From Candidatus Omnitrophota bacterium (GTDB taxonomy: Bacteria; Omnitrophota; Gorgyraeia; Zapsychrales; Zapsychraceae), in the NCBI GenBank assembly GCA_020429915.1, contig JAGQKV010000002.1:128061-192060 (forward strand): a DNA stretch of 64,000 bases. The letters are read 5' to 3'. A program made the translations under genes and the position numbers. Shown here piece after piece: positions 18,010 to 28,098 of the stretch; positions within the stretch are counted from its first letter, which is position 1, and every line of letters begins with the position of its first letter. The notes beneath the pieces were generated by a model. That model was not told the DNA's origin and searched no databases. It was given only the letters and a program-made list of their open reading frames with translations.

Positions 18010-18456
18010 CTATTTTCGCTTTGCGGCTTTCTTTTTGGTCGCCTTTTTCTTGACGGCCTTTTTCTTGGTCGCTTTTTTCTTCACGGCCTTTTTCTTGGTC
18101 GCCGGCCTGCGAACGGCCTTTTTCTTGGTCGCCTTACGCTTGACAGCCTTTTTCTTTGTTGCTTTCTTCTTGACGGCTTTCTTCTTGGTTGCTTTCTTGG
18201 TTGCCTTGCGTTTGGTGGCCTTACGCTTCTTTCCCCCGCGAACCATTTTTGCGCTGGAGATGTCACCATTCTTATCTATGAAGTATAGATAGCCTGGTTT
18301 CTTCTTCACTCCGACCTTAGCAACCTTTTTCGGCTTACCACCTTTTTTGCTGCCGCGGGCCATCTTCGCGCAAGAAATGTCGCCATTCTTATCGACAAAG
18401 TAAAGGTATCCGGATTCTTTCTTGATACCGATCTTTGCCACTTTTTGCGTAGCCAT
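18010..18456 (-). CDS. Lysine-rich histone H1-like / nucleoid-associated basic protein with tandem repeats
   Basis: 148 aa. Two N-terminal about 37-aa repeats (IGIKKESGYLYFVDKNGDISCAKMARG and VGVKKKPGYLYFIDKNGDISSAKMVRG) and a C-terminal (KKAVKKKATKKKAV)n tail. Encoded by tandem approx 30-bp DNA repeats. Confidence 0.6.
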   Translation of the reverse strand: MATQKVAKIGIKKESGYLYFVDKNGDISCAKMARGSKKGGKPKKVAKVGVKKKPGYLYFIDKNGDISSAKMVRGGKKRKATKRKATKKATKKKAVKKKATKKKAVKRKATKKKAVRRPATKKKAVKKKATKKKAVKKKATKKKAAKRK

Positions 18457-18481
18457 GCATTCACCCCCTTTCGTCAGATAT

Positions 18482-19309
18482 TTAAGTCCCGATCAAAATC
18501 CCGGTACAATACTGTTTGAGGGTCTGTAATCCGGACAACACGGCCATGTAACTGGTTTTCGGGTTGTCGGGGCAGACCACGTTTTCGGTCTTTGTATGTA
18601 TCCTTCCAAAATCGCCGTCGAGTTCGATTTCATGCGTGTTGCGTGTGTACTCGGGAGATACGACGATTCTAATATGGAGTTTGTCGGGATCCTGGCAAGC
18701 CAGGGCTATGGTAGCGGCGACATTGATGTTTCGGGGAAAATGTTTTACGGCCTCGTACACCTTGCCCTCAAAGATAACGGTCTCCTTGGTGATATCCTCC
18801 AGACGGATTCCCTTTTCGTCGAGATAGTCGTTGCCTTGAAATCCGGAGAGCGGTTTGCGGGTAGTGAGGGTGATTCGGTTGGTTTTGACGAGGCTGGCGG
18901 CCTTGATGGCATCCACGCCGGCGATCGCGCCTGACGGGAGCAAAATGTAGCATTTGTTCTTTTTGGCCAGATTAAACAGTTTGGCGGCGCCGAGTAATTT
19001 TCCGACGCTCATGGCGAGTACGCTTTTTTTAGCGCGAATGATTCTTTCGATGATGTCAAGAGTGTGATCTGAGTTGACGGCTTCCACTATACAGTCGCTT
19101 GCTGAAATGATGGAATCGATTGATCGTTTTTTAACGTTTTTCAAGTCCAGATCTTTCGCCAGCTTGTTGACTCTCTCGCCGTCGATGTCGTACAGCCCGC
19201 TTATCCGGCAATCCTTCTCAAAATCACGGACAATGGCGGTGGCCATTCTGGATCCGATAGCGCCGCAGCCGACTATGCCGACTTTAACTTTGTAGTTCGG
19301 AGATTTCAT
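18482..19309 (-). CDS. nadX: L-aspartate dehydrogenase
   Basis: 275 aa. N-terminal Rossmann GIVGCGAIG. C-terminal matches to the Thermotoga NadX family (FEG..A...FPRNINVAATI, PDNPKTS). Confidence 0.75.
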   Translation of the reverse strand: MKSPNYKVKVGIVGCGAIGSRMATAIVRDFEKDCRISGLYDIDGERVNKLAKDLDLKNVKKRSIDSIISASDCIVEAVNSDHTLDIIERIIRAKKSVLAMSVGKLLGAAKLFNLAKKNKCYILLPSGAIAGVDAIKAASLVKTNRITLTTRKPLSGFQGNDYLDEKGIRLEDITKETVIFEGKVYEAVKHFPRNINVAATIALACQDPDKLHIRIVVSPEYTRNTHEIELDGDFGRIHTKTENVVCPDNPKTSYMAVLSGLQTLKQYCTGILIGT

Positions 19310-20157
19310 CGCAGCTGCACAATCACATTGTCGATTAATCTCGCCTTGGCAAATTTTACGGCTATGGCTATCAGAACTTTACCAGAGAGATATTTCACCG
19401 GTTGTAACGATTTGAGGTCGACGCATTCGACATAATCGATTACACCCCCGGTGTGGGCGGTTATGCTCCCCCGGATTGACCGTTTGATAACGGCGGATCT
19501 GCGCTCACCGGCGTGAATTCGCCGCCGGGCATCCGTCAGGGATTTGTAAAGGAACGGGGCTTCTCGACGTTGCTGCGGGCTGAGGTATGCGTTTCGTGAA
19601 CTCATTGCCAACCCGTCGGCTTCCCGGACCGTCGGACAGATGACGGCCTTAACAGGGAAATTCAGATCTTCTATCATACGGTTGATAACTACGGCTTGCT
19701 GCGCGTCTTTTTGACCGAGATAGATTCTCGTCGGTTGAACCATGTTGAGCAGCTTGCCGACCACTGTCGTGACGCCCCGGAAGTGACCGGGCCGTGACTT
19801 TCCGCACAATGTTTCGGTAAGACCTGTCGTCGCTATGAAAGAGCTGAAGCCCTTCGGGTACATTACTCTGTCCGTCGGTAAAAAAATTATATCAACATTT
19901 CCTTTCTTTGCCAATAAAATGTCTTTTTTTTTGGGGCGGGGATACGAGGAGAAATCCTCTTTTTTGGCGTCGAACTGGATGGGATTCACGTAAATGCTGA
20001 GGACGGTTCGCTGGTTTTCTCGTCGGGAATACTGAATGAGTGACAGGTGGCCGTCGTGAAGCGCTCCCATAGTGGGAACGAACCCGATACTTTCTTTCTT
20101 TGTGCGGAACGCTTCAAGGTGGCGACGTAAGGACGATAGGGAACTAATCTGACGCAC
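19306..20157 (-). CDS. panC: Pantoate--beta-alanine ligase
   Basis: 283 aa. PTMGALHDGHLSL HIGH-type motif characteristic of PanC. Confidence 0.85.
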   Translation of the reverse strand: MRQISSLSSLRRHLEAFRTKKESIGFVPTMGALHDGHLSLIQYSRRENQRTVLSIYVNPIQFDAKKEDFSSYPRPKKKDILLAKKGNVDIIFLPTDRVMYPKGFSSFIATTGLTETLCGKSRPGHFRGVTTVVGKLLNMVQPTRIYLGQKDAQQAVVINRMIEDLNFPVKAVICPTVREADGLAMSSRNAYLSPQQRREAPFLYKSLTDARRRIHAGERRSAVIKRSIRGSITAHTGGVIDYVECVDLKSLQPVKYLSGKVLIAIAVKFAKARLIDNVIVQLR

Positions 20158-20575
20158 CGGTAATCCTTTCGGCTACCTGCGGTGCGATTTCCCGCAAGGG
20201 CCGCATAACGAATTCACGGTCGAGCATCCGGGGGTGCGGTATGATTAAATCGGAAGATTCCAGGACCACCTCGTCATACAGCAGGATGTCCAGATCGATC
20301 TCTCTCGGCCCGTTGCGGACCGTTTCCGACCGCCCCACAGCTTGTTCGATGTTCTTGAGCACCGCGAGCAGGGCGCGCGGTGATAATTCGGTTTCGGCCT
20401 CGCAGACGCTGTTCAGGTAGCGTCCTTGGGGCGGCCCACCGACGGGGTCCGTTTCGATCACCGAGGCTTGTTTGCGGATCGTGATCCCTGACTCAGTCAG
20501 CTCCGCGAGGGCCCGCTCGATGTGGGCTTCACGGTCGCCGACGTTGGATCCGATCCCGATGTAGACGATAGCCAA
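20144..20575 (-). CDS. folK: 2-amino-4-hydroxy-6-hydroxymethyldihydropteridine pyrophosphokinase (HPPK)
   Basis: 143 aa. IGIGSNVGDRE, REIDLDILLY and IPHPRMLDREFVMRPL motifs. Confidence 0.8.
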   Translation of the reverse strand: MAIVYIGIGSNVGDREAHIERALAELTESGITIRKQASVIETDPVGGPPQGRYLNSVCEAETELSPRALLAVLKNIEQAVGRSETVRNGPREIDLDILLYDEVVLESSDLIIPHPRMLDREFVMRPLREIAPQVAERITGASD

Positions 20576-21754
20576 TTAGAGTACCTTTTTTAGGCGTTGG
20601 ACGGCCTGTTCCAGGCGGTCCTTCTCGACGGTCAAGGCCATACGGATATAGCCCTCCCCTCCGGGGCCGAATCCGTTGCCCGGTGTGGCCACGATATCGG
20701 CCTTGTCGAGAAAAGTCTTGGCGCACGTCATCGAATCGGTGAAGCCTTTCGGCAACCTGGCCCAAACATAAAAAGCGGCTTGCGGCGGGGTGATATCCCA
20801 ACCCAGTCCCGCGAGTCCCTCGATCAGGCAGTCCCGGCGTTCCTGGTACAGGCGGCGCATGTCGTCGGTGACCGACGGGTCGCTTTTGAGGGCGGCTATG
20901 CCCGCGACCTGAATGGCGGTAAAGATGCCCGAATCGTAGTTGGATTTGACCTTGGCCAGGGCCGCGACCAGTGTTCGGTTGCCGCAGGCCCAGCCGATCC
21001 GCCACCCCGTCATGTAATAAGTCTTGGAGAGTGAATGGAACTCGATGGCCACATCTTTGGCGCCTTCGATCTCGAAGATGCTGATCGGCGGATTCCCGTC
21101 GAAGTACACCTCCGAATAGGCCATGTCGGACAGAATGATGATATTGTGTTCGCGGGCGAACGCGACCAGCTCGGCGTAGAATTCCCGCGTGGCCACGGCT
21201 GAGGTCGGGTTATTGGGATAGTTCAGGACCAGCATCTTGGCGTCGGTATGGCACTTTAGTTCAGCGAGCTCCGGCAACCAGCCGTTTTCTTCTTTCAGGG
21301 TAATGTTGATGATTTTCCCGCCGGCAAACTGGATCGTCGGCCGGTACGCTGGATAAGCCGGGTCCGTCAGCAAGACCTTGTCCCCGGGATTGATTACGCC
21401 CAGCGGCAGGTGAGCGATCCCTTCTTTGGTTCCGATCAAGGGATAAATTTCCCCGTCCGGGTCCAGTTCCACATGGAACCGGTCCTTAAACCAGCGTTGA
21501 ATCTCGACACGCAAATCGGGCAGGCCCGCGTCGAGCGCATAATGATGATAATCGCCGTTGGTCACTGATTTTTGCATCGCTTCGACGATATGCGGTGGCG
21601 TCGGGTAGTCCGGATCTCCGATCCCCAGGTTAATGACATCGCGTCCCTCTGCCACGGCGGCGCGTTTCGCGCGGTCGATCTCCACGAAGAGGTAGGGCGG
21701 CAAGGCCTTCAATCTGTCGGCAAATTCAATGCTTGGCTTGGTATCTGTGCTCAT
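20576..21754 (-). CDS. dapL: LL-diaminopimelate aminotransferase (DapL-type class I aminotransferase)
   Basis: PYLFVEIDR, NLGIGDPD and SLSKTYYMTGWRIG (PLP lysine) motifs. Embedded in a dapB-dapA-dapF-lysA cluster with no dapD/dapE. Probable start at MSTDTKPS. Confidence 0.7.
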   Translation of the reverse strand: MSTDTKPSIEFADRLKALPPYLFVEIDRAKRAAVAEGRDVINLGIGDPDYPTPPHIVEAMQKSVTNGDYHHYALDAGLPDLRVEIQRWFKDRFHVELDPDGEIYPLIGTKEGIAHLPLGVINPGDKVLLTDPAYPAYRPTIQFAGGKIINITLKEENGWLPELAELKCHTDAKMLVLNYPNNPTSAVATREFYAELVAFAREHNIIILSDMAYSEVYFDGNPPISIFEIEGAKDVAIEFHSLSKTYYMTGWRIGWACGNRTLVAALAKVKSNYDSGIFTAIQVAGIAALKSDPSVTDDMRRLYQERRDCLIEGLAGLGWDITPPQAAFYVWARLPKGFTDSMTCAKTFLDKADIVATPGNGFGPGGEGYIRMALTVEKDRLEQAVQRLKKVL

Positions 21755-21779
21755 GACGTACTTTTCCTTTCGTGGTGAC

Positions 21780-22499
21780 TTATGAAGTGAATCCCAGGAC
21801 ATCCTGCATATTGTACAGGCCGGGAGCCTTTCCCTGCAAATATTTGGCGGCGGTCAGGGCGCCGCGGGCGAACATGCTGCGGTCCTTGGCATGGTGGCTG
21901 ATCGTCAACACGTCCTCACCCGATTCGAGGCGGATGGTGTGATCGCCGATCACCTCACCTTCCCGGATTGATTCCACATTATCGATGGTCAGGCCGGATG
22001 CCTTTTCCGCGATCTGCAGCATGGTCTTGGCGGTCCCCGACGGCTTGTCCTTCTTATGAATGTGATGCGTTTCCGAGATACTGATGGTGTGCGGAGCGAT
22101 CTTTCCGGTGGCGATCTGGATCAGTTTAAACAGCGTGTTGACCCCGATCGACATGTTGCTGGCCAGAACGATCGGGATATCATTTGTCGCGGACTTGATG
22201 GCATCCACCTGCTGTACCGTAAATCCGGTGGTGCCGATCACCATGGGAACACCGTACTGCGCAGCGGCCTTCAGATTGGCCATGGTCCCGTCCGGCAGCG
22301 TGAATTCGATCAGCGCATCGCAGCCCTTGATACTGGCGTTGTCCGCTGTGAGTTGAGTGCCGTAACATTCGGTCCCCACCTCCGGGTGATCGGTGTGTTC
22401 AAGCAGGGCGGTTATCGTCAGTTCGGGATCGGCATCGGCAAGTTTGGCGATGGCCTGTCCCATGCGCCCCCGGGCGCCGCTTATGGCCAATTTGATCAT
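21780..22499 (-). CDS. dapB: 4-hydroxy-tetrahydrodipicolinate reductase
   Basis: 239 aa. N-terminal MIKLAISGARGRMG Rossmann motif and overall DapB architecture. Confidence 0.9.
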   Translation of the reverse strand: MIKLAISGARGRMGQAIAKLADADPELTITALLEHTDHPEVGTECYGTQLTADNASIKGCDALIEFTLPDGTMANLKAAAQYGVPMVIGTTGFTVQQVDAIKSATNDIPIVLASNMSIGVNTLFKLIQIATGKIAPHTISISETHHIHKKDKPSGTAKTMLQIAEKASGLTIDNVESIREGEVIGDHTIRLESGEDVLTISHHAKDRSMFARGALTAAKYLQGKAPGLYNMQDVLGFTS

Positions 22500-22508
22500 G
22501 AGGTGCTC

Positions 22509-23393
22509 CTAGACGGTTGTCAGGGCCCCGTACTCCAAGAGGGCCTGCTTGAGTTTTTCGAGGTTCGTGGGTTCCATTTCACACAGCGGGAGCCGAAGTC
22601 GTCCCGGCGCAAGGCCCATTAATTCCGCTGCCGTCTTGACCGGAATCGGATTGGTCTCCAGGAAGAGCGCATTGATGAGTGGCTTGAGTTTGCTGTCCAG
22701 GGCTGCGGCCTCATCCTTTTTCCCTTCTGCATAGAGCCTGGTCAGGGTGGCAATGTCCTCCGGGACGATATTCGCGGCCACCGAGATGACGCCGGTCCCT
22801 CCGAGTTCCATCATCGGCAGGGTCAGCGCATCGTCGCCGGAAAGGATGATAAAATCCGGTCCGCACGCCTGGCGGACGGCTTTGACCTGCTCCAGCGACC
22901 CGGACGCTTCCTTGACGCCCACGATGTTGGGACAGTCCGCGTTCAGCTTGGCGACGGTTTCGGTTTCGATATTACGTGCCGTTCTGCCGGCGATGTTATA
23001 GAGAATGATCGGTATGTCGACGCTTTCGGCCACGGCTTTGAAATGAAGATAAAGCCCGCGCTGTGTCGGTTTGTTGTAATAGGGCGTGACGACCAGCGCC
23101 GCATCGGCCCCCACATGGGCCGCGTGTTTGGTGAGCATCACCGCCTCGGCGGTCGAGTTGGAACCGGTACCGGCGATGACCGGGACCCTCTTGTTGACGG
23201 CCTCAACGGTCACTTCAATGACGCGGTTGTGTTCGGCCGGTGACAGCGTCGGCGACTCTCCCGTAGTTCCGCAGGGCACGATGCCGTTGGTGCCGCTCTC
23301 GATCTGCAGGGTGATCAACTTGCGCAATGTTCCCTCGTCCAGGCCGTTCTCGGTAAAAGGTGTAATGATGGCTACGATCGATCCCTTGAACAT
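22509..23393 (-). CDS. dapA: 4-hydroxy-tetrahydrodipicolinate synthase
   Basis: 294 aa. GSIVAIITPF and GTTGES motifs, catalytic Lys region. Confidence 0.9.
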   Translation of the reverse strand: MFKGSIVAIITPFTENGLDEGTLRKLITLQIESGTNGIVPCGTTGESPTLSPAEHNRVIEVTVEAVNKRVPVIAGTGSNSTAEAVMLTKHAAHVGADAALVVTPYYNKPTQRGLYLHFKAVAESVDIPIILYNIAGRTARNIETETVAKLNADCPNIVGVKEASGSLEQVKAVRQACGPDFIILSGDDALTLPMMELGGTGVISVAANIVPEDIATLTRLYAEGKKDEAAALDSKLKPLINALFLETNPIPVKTAAELMGLAPGRLRLPLCEMEPTNLEKLKQALLEYGALTTV

Positions 23394-23405
23394 AATGCTC
23401 TCCCC

Positions 23406-24233
23406 CTAGGTATAGTAGTATTCGCCGTGCGCGATGAATTTGGCGCTTCCCTTTAAATGGACATTGGTCACGACACAGTCATTAATATCGAAGGAAACCC
23501 TGAGAATTTCCCCGCTGCGTGTACGTACGCGCATACGTGCTCCCCGCTTGTTGATGATGCCGGGATTCAGCTGCAGGTAGGACACAATGGCCGCCGCCAC
23601 GCTGCCGGTACCGCAAGCCTTGGTTTCGTCCTCCACCCCGCGTTCGTACGTCCGGCAGTCCACCAGGTCCTTTTCAAGAAATTCGACAAAGTTGACGTTG
23701 GTGCCGCGCGGTTCGAACGCCTCGTGCGAGCGGATCGCCCGTCCGATGGTCCGCACCTCGATATCGTTTAAACCCTCTACGTAAATGATCGCGTGCGGAA
23801 CGCCGGTGTCGATGTAGTGGACGGTTACATCACGATCGTTGAGATCCACAGAGATGTCCGGACGGTAATCCTCGGGATCACTCAGGCGGACATCGGCAAC
23901 CTCATTAGCGGCCGTAGCCTCAAGGATGCCAGCCAGTGTTTCCATGGTAAAGGTTTTTTTGCGCGGGCGCTTGTGCCGTACGATATAGGCAGCCATGCAT
24001 CGCGCTCCGTTGCCGCACATTTCGGCCTCCGACCCGTCCGCGTTGATGATCCGCATCCGGTAATCCGCTTTCGCCGATTTGTCGTAGACCATCAAACCGT
24101 CGGCGCCGATGCCATTGGTGCGGTCGCAGACCTTAATTGCCAGGCGCTTAAGATTCATTTTGGCCTTGGGGGCATCAATGATGACAAAGTCATTGCCCGC
24201 CCCGGCCATTTTGATAAATGGGATTGTCTTCAT
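23406..24233 (-). CDS. dapF: Diaminopimelate epimerase
   Basis: 275 aa. FIKMAGAGNDFVIID, CGNGARC and CGTGS active-site cysteines. Confidence 0.9.
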   Translation of the reverse strand: MKTIPFIKMAGAGNDFVIIDAPKAKMNLKRLAIKVCDRTNGIGADGLMVYDKSAKADYRMRIINADGSEAEMCGNGARCMAAYIVRHKRPRKKTFTMETLAGILEATAANEVADVRLSDPEDYRPDISVDLNDRDVTVHYIDTGVPHAIIYVEGLNDIEVRTIGRAIRSHEAFEPRGTNVNFVEFLEKDLVDCRTYERGVEDETKACGTGSVAAAIVSYLQLNPGIINKRGARMRVRTRSGEILRVSFDINDCVVTNVHLKGSAKFIAHGEYYYT

Positions 24234-24242
24234 GTTTTGACC

Positions 24243-25499
24243 TTAATTGAGGAATGCCGGAATCCGTTCATCCTTGACCAGATCATCGAAGGTCTGCCGG
24301 ATCCGGGAAAGATCGAACTTCTTCCCTTTGACGAATGCGATCGGGACATTTCCGCGCATGTTGTAGTTGCTGGACATGACTGAACAGTAAGCTCCCGCGC
24401 CGAGCAGGGCGATCAGGTCATTTTTTTTCAAGGCCGGCAGGAGCCGGTCTTTGGCAAAAAAGTCCCCGCTTTCGCAGATCGGCCCGACGACGTCCATCTT
24501 CAACCGGCGGCCAGCCTTCTTGATTAACGGTACGATCTCATGATAGGACCCGTACAATGTGGGCCGCATGAGATCATTCATGCCGCCGTCCACGATCAGA
24601 AACTTTTTAACCCCGTTGTCTTTGAGATACAACACCCGGGTGACGAAAATGCCCGCGTTGCCCGAGATAAAACGGCCGGGTTCCATGATGATTTTCAAGC
24701 CCGTTTGTTTCAACAGCGGCAGCACGTTTTCGGCAAACCTGGCCGCGGTCTGGGGTTGCTCGTCCTTGTAAATGATGCCCAATCCCCCGCCGATGTCGAG
24801 GTATTCGAGCTCAAGGCCGGTTTTCTTGAGCTTTTCCTGAAAACGGATGACCCGCTGGATGGCTTCGACGAAGGGTTCGCCCGTCGTGATTTGCGAGCCG
24901 ATATGCACGTGCAATCCGCTGAACCGGATGTGGGCATATTTCTTGGTTTGCTTCATGATCTTCTGCGCCGTGTTCAGGTCGATGCCGAATTTGTTTTTCA
25001 GGGTTCCGGTCACGACCTGAGAATAGGTCGGCGCTTCGACATCCGGGTTGATCCGCAAGGCGACCTTGACGGTCTTCTTGTGCTTACCGGCGATGCGGTT
25101 GATTTCATCGAGTTCCGGCAGGGATTCGACGTTGAACAGCAGGATCCCTTTCTTGATGGCAAACACGATCTCCTCTTCCGTCTTTCCCACGGAGGCAAAT
25201 ACGATTTTCTTGGGATCGGCGCCGGCCAGCAGGGCCTTTCTCAGTTCACCGACCGATACGATATCAAATCCGGCCCCCGCGTTGATGAGCGTTTTCAGAA
25301 CCGCCAGGTTGTCGTTGGACTTCATGGCGAAACAGATGAGCGGATTGATGTCGGCAAATGCGCGCTGGATCTTGGTGAAATGGTCCACCAGTGTGTTATG
25401 GCTATAGACGTAACACGGCGTTCCCGTTTTCTCAACGATATCGGCAATGCGGACGTCTTCGCAAAAGAGTTCCTTACCCTTGTAATGAAAGTCGTGCAT
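24243..25499 (-). CDS. lysA: Diaminopimelate decarboxylase
   Basis: Fold-III PLP decarboxylase. GTPCYVYS, PLP Lys in AMKSN, EPGR and CESGD motifs. Start likely MHDFHYKG. Confidence 0.9.
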   Translation of the reverse strand: MHDFHYKGKELFCEDVRIADIVEKTGTPCYVYSHNTLVDHFTKIQRAFADINPLICFAMKSNDNLAVLKTLINAGAGFDIVSVGELRKALLAGADPKKIVFASVGKTEEEIVFAIKKGILLFNVESLPELDEINRIAGKHKKTVKVALRINPDVEAPTYSQVVTGTLKNKFGIDLNTAQKIMKQTKKYAHIRFSGLHVHIGSQITTGEPFVEAIQRVIRFQEKLKKTGLELEYLDIGGGLGIIYKDEQPQTAARFAENVLPLLKQTGLKIIMEPGRFISGNAGIFVTRVLYLKDNGVKKFLIVDGGMNDLMRPTLYGSYHEIVPLIKKAGRRLKMDVVGPICESGDFFAKDRLLPALKKNDLIALLGAGAYCSVMSSNYNMRGNVPIAFVKGKKFDLSRIRQTFDDLVKDERIPAFLN

Positions 25500-25510
25500 G
25501 TGGGGCCTTT

Positions 25511-26899
25511 CTAATCTTCGGAAACGCGTTCGAGGCGCTTCTCCCAAAAACGTATCTGCTGGGAGACCGAGCGCGGCGAGGTGGAGCCAAAGGATTTCTT
25601 GCCTTTGACCGAGGCCTCGGCATTCAGCAGTTTACGGATTTCGGTGGTGAGCTTGGGGTGAAACCCTTTTAATTCTTCATCGGTCAGGCAGGCGATCTTC
25701 TGACCGTTGTCGAGACAGTCGCGGACCAGACGGCCGACCGTGTCATGCGCCTCGCGATACGTCACGCCTTTACCGATAAGGAATTCCATAATGTCGACGG
25801 AAAAGAAACATTCATTGTCCAGTTGCTTGCGGATGTTCTCTTCCTTGATCTGAAGCGTCGCGAACAGGCGTGTTAATAACGGCAGCATCAGCTGGACCTG
25901 TTCCACCGACTCAAACAGGGGCGGCTTGTCCAGCTGCAGATCACGGTTATATGTCAATGGCAGGCCTTTCAGGAGGACCAGAATCTTATTGAGATTGCCG
26001 TAGACCGTCGCGGTTTCGCCGCGGATCAGCTCGAGGATGTCCGGGTTCTTTTTGTGCGGCATAATCGACGAGCCTGTGCACAAAGACCAGTCGATATTGA
26101 TGAAATTGAATTCACTGGTCGCCCAAATGATCATGTCCTCCGCGATCCGGGAGAAATGCATGCACATGATGGCCAGGTCCGACAGGGTTTCGACCAGAAA
26201 ATCACGGTCGCTCACGGAGTCGATGCTGTTGCGGGTGGTGGCCGCGAAGCCGAGTTCTTCCGAGACCTGTTTGCGGTCCGTTGGAAGTGTGGAGCCGGAC
26301 AAGGCACAGCTGCCCAGCGGATTGCTGTCCATCCGTTTGACGGCCTCACTGATCCGCTGCTTGTCGCGTTCGAGCATTTCGATATACGCCAGCATATGCT
26401 GGGCCAGCAGGACAGCCTGGGCGGATTGCAGGTGCGTGTAGGCCGGGATGATCACGTGTTTGTGTTCGACCGCGAAATCAAGAATGGCCCGTTGCAGATC
26501 GCTGATCAGTTCGGTGACCGTGTTCAGTTCGACCATGCAGTACAGCTTCATGTCGAGGACGATCAGGTCGTTGCGTGAGCGGGCGGTATGCAGACGGTCG
26601 GCTGCCTCGCCGATCCGTTCCTTCAGGACCGACTGAATGTTGGAGTGGACATCTTCCTCATCCGAGTCGTACTCAAAAACGCCTTCCTGGATTTCCTGTG
26701 CGATCACCTGCAGACCGTTCATGATCTTCTTGGCATCCGTCTTGGGAATGATGCCACAGTCGCCGAGCATTTTGGCGTGCGCGATCCCGCCGATGCAGTC
26801 GTATAAACCCAGTTTGTAGTCGTAGTCGATGCTGAAACTGAATGAATCGGCGAGATTGTCAGTGTCGCCCTGAAATCGTGAACCCCAGAATTTTGCCAT
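25511..26899 (-). CDS. argH: Argininosuccinate lyase
   Basis: Fumarase/aspartase family. MAKFWGSRF start and GSSIMPHKKNP signature. Confidence 0.9.
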   Translation of the reverse strand: MAKFWGSRFQGDTDNLADSFSFSIDYDYKLGLYDCIGGIAHAKMLGDCGIIPKTDAKKIMNGLQVIAQEIQEGVFEYDSDEEDVHSNIQSVLKERIGEAADRLHTARSRNDLIVLDMKLYCMVELNTVTELISDLQRAILDFAVEHKHVIIPAYTHLQSAQAVLLAQHMLAYIEMLERDKQRISEAVKRMDSNPLGSCALSGSTLPTDRKQVSEELGFAATTRNSIDSVSDRDFLVETLSDLAIMCMHFSRIAEDMIIWATSEFNFINIDWSLCTGSSIMPHKKNPDILELIRGETATVYGNLNKILVLLKGLPLTYNRDLQLDKPPLFESVEQVQLMLPLLTRLFATLQIKEENIRKQLDNECFFSVDIMEFLIGKGVTYREAHDTVGRLVRDCLDNGQKIACLTDEELKGFHPKLTTEIRKLLNAEASVKGKKSFGSTSPRSVSQQIRFWEKRLERVSED

Positions 26900-26919
26900 G
26901 TTCCCCTTCTCCTGCGTGC

Positions 26920-28089
26920 CTACTTCATGAACGGCATGGCCCACAGATGATTGAAGCCTTCGGCCAGGGACTGGTCGAATTGATCGCCTTCGCCGTAGGT
27001 GGCCATTTTCTCCCGGTAGCGGGAATATTTGGATTGGCGTCCGACCACACGGCAGCCGCCCTTAAACAGCTTGAGCCGCACGGTCCCGGTGGAATGCTCA
27101 TGCACTTTGTTAAAGAAAGCGTCCATCTGCTCTTTGAGCGGCGTAAACCACAGTCCGTTGTAAGTCAGTTCCGCGTATTTTTGTGACAGGATCTGTTTGA
27201 AGCGCATTGAATCCCGGTCGAGGACCAGTGTTTCGAGCTCGCGCAGGGCCATGTGCAGCACCTCGCCCGCCGGATTTTCATAGATCTCGCGCGACTTAAT
27301 GCCGACCAGCCGGTTCTCGACCATGTCCACACGGCCGACCCCGTTGCGCCCGGCCACTTGATTCAGGTGCTTGACCAGGTTGACGGGTGTGTAGGTCTTG
27401 CCGTCCACTTTCTTCGGGAGGCCCTTCTCGAAAGTGATCTCCACGTACGTCGGTTTATCCGGGGCCTTGGCCGGATCGGTGGTCAGCGCGTAGATTTCCT
27501 CCGGCGGTTCGCACCACGGATCTTCCAGCACGCCGCATTCGATAGCGCGGCCGTAGATGTTGTTGTCGATGCTGTACGGGCTTTTCTTGGTGACGTGGAT
27601 CGTGATCCCCTTGGATTGCAGATAGTCGATTTCCTGGTCGCGGGTCTTGAATTCCCAGACGCGGACCGGCGCGATGATTTCCATCTTGGGGGCCATGGTC
27701 AGGTAAACCGTTTCGAAACGGACCTGATCGTTCCCTTTGCCAGTGCATCCGTGCACGAGGGCCGCGGCCTTCTCTTTCTTGGCGATCTCGACTTGGTGCC
27801 GGGCGATCAACGGCCGCGATAGAGCGCAGGCAAGATAGTACTTGTTTTCGTAGGCCGCCCCCGCCTTAAGGGCCTTGAAGGCGTAGTCTTCGATGAGTTC
27901 CTTCTCCAGATTGAGGCGCACGATCTGCGCGGCGCCGGATTGCAGCGCGCGTTTTTCAATGGCCTTGAAATCATCCCCCTGTCCGAGATCGGCGATGAAG
28001 GCGATGGTCTCGTATCCTTTGTCTTTGAGCCAGGGGATAATGCAGGACGTGTCGAGTCCACCGGAATACGCTAGCACGACTTTTTTCAT
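26920..28089 (-). CDS. argG: Argininosuccinate synthase
   Basis: 389 aa. AYSGGLDTS PP-loop motif. Confidence 0.95.
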   Translation of the reverse strand: MKKVVLAYSGGLDTSCIIPWLKDKGYETIAFIADLGQGDDFKAIEKRALQSGAAQIVRLNLEKELIEDYAFKALKAGAAYENKYYLACALSRPLIARHQVEIAKKEKAAALVHGCTGKGNDQVRFETVYLTMAPKMEIIAPVRVWEFKTRDQEIDYLQSKGITIHVTKKSPYSIDNNIYGRAIECGVLEDPWCEPPEEIYALTTDPAKAPDKPTYVEITFEKGLPKKVDGKTYTPVNLVKHLNQVAGRNGVGRVDMVENRLVGIKSREIYENPAGEVLHMALRELETLVLDRDSMRFKQILSQKYAELTYNGLWFTPLKEQMDAFFNKVHEHSTGTVRLKLFKGGCRVVGRQSKYSRYREKMATYGEGDQFDQSLAEGFNHLWAMPFMK

Positions 28090-28098
28090 GATGACTCC

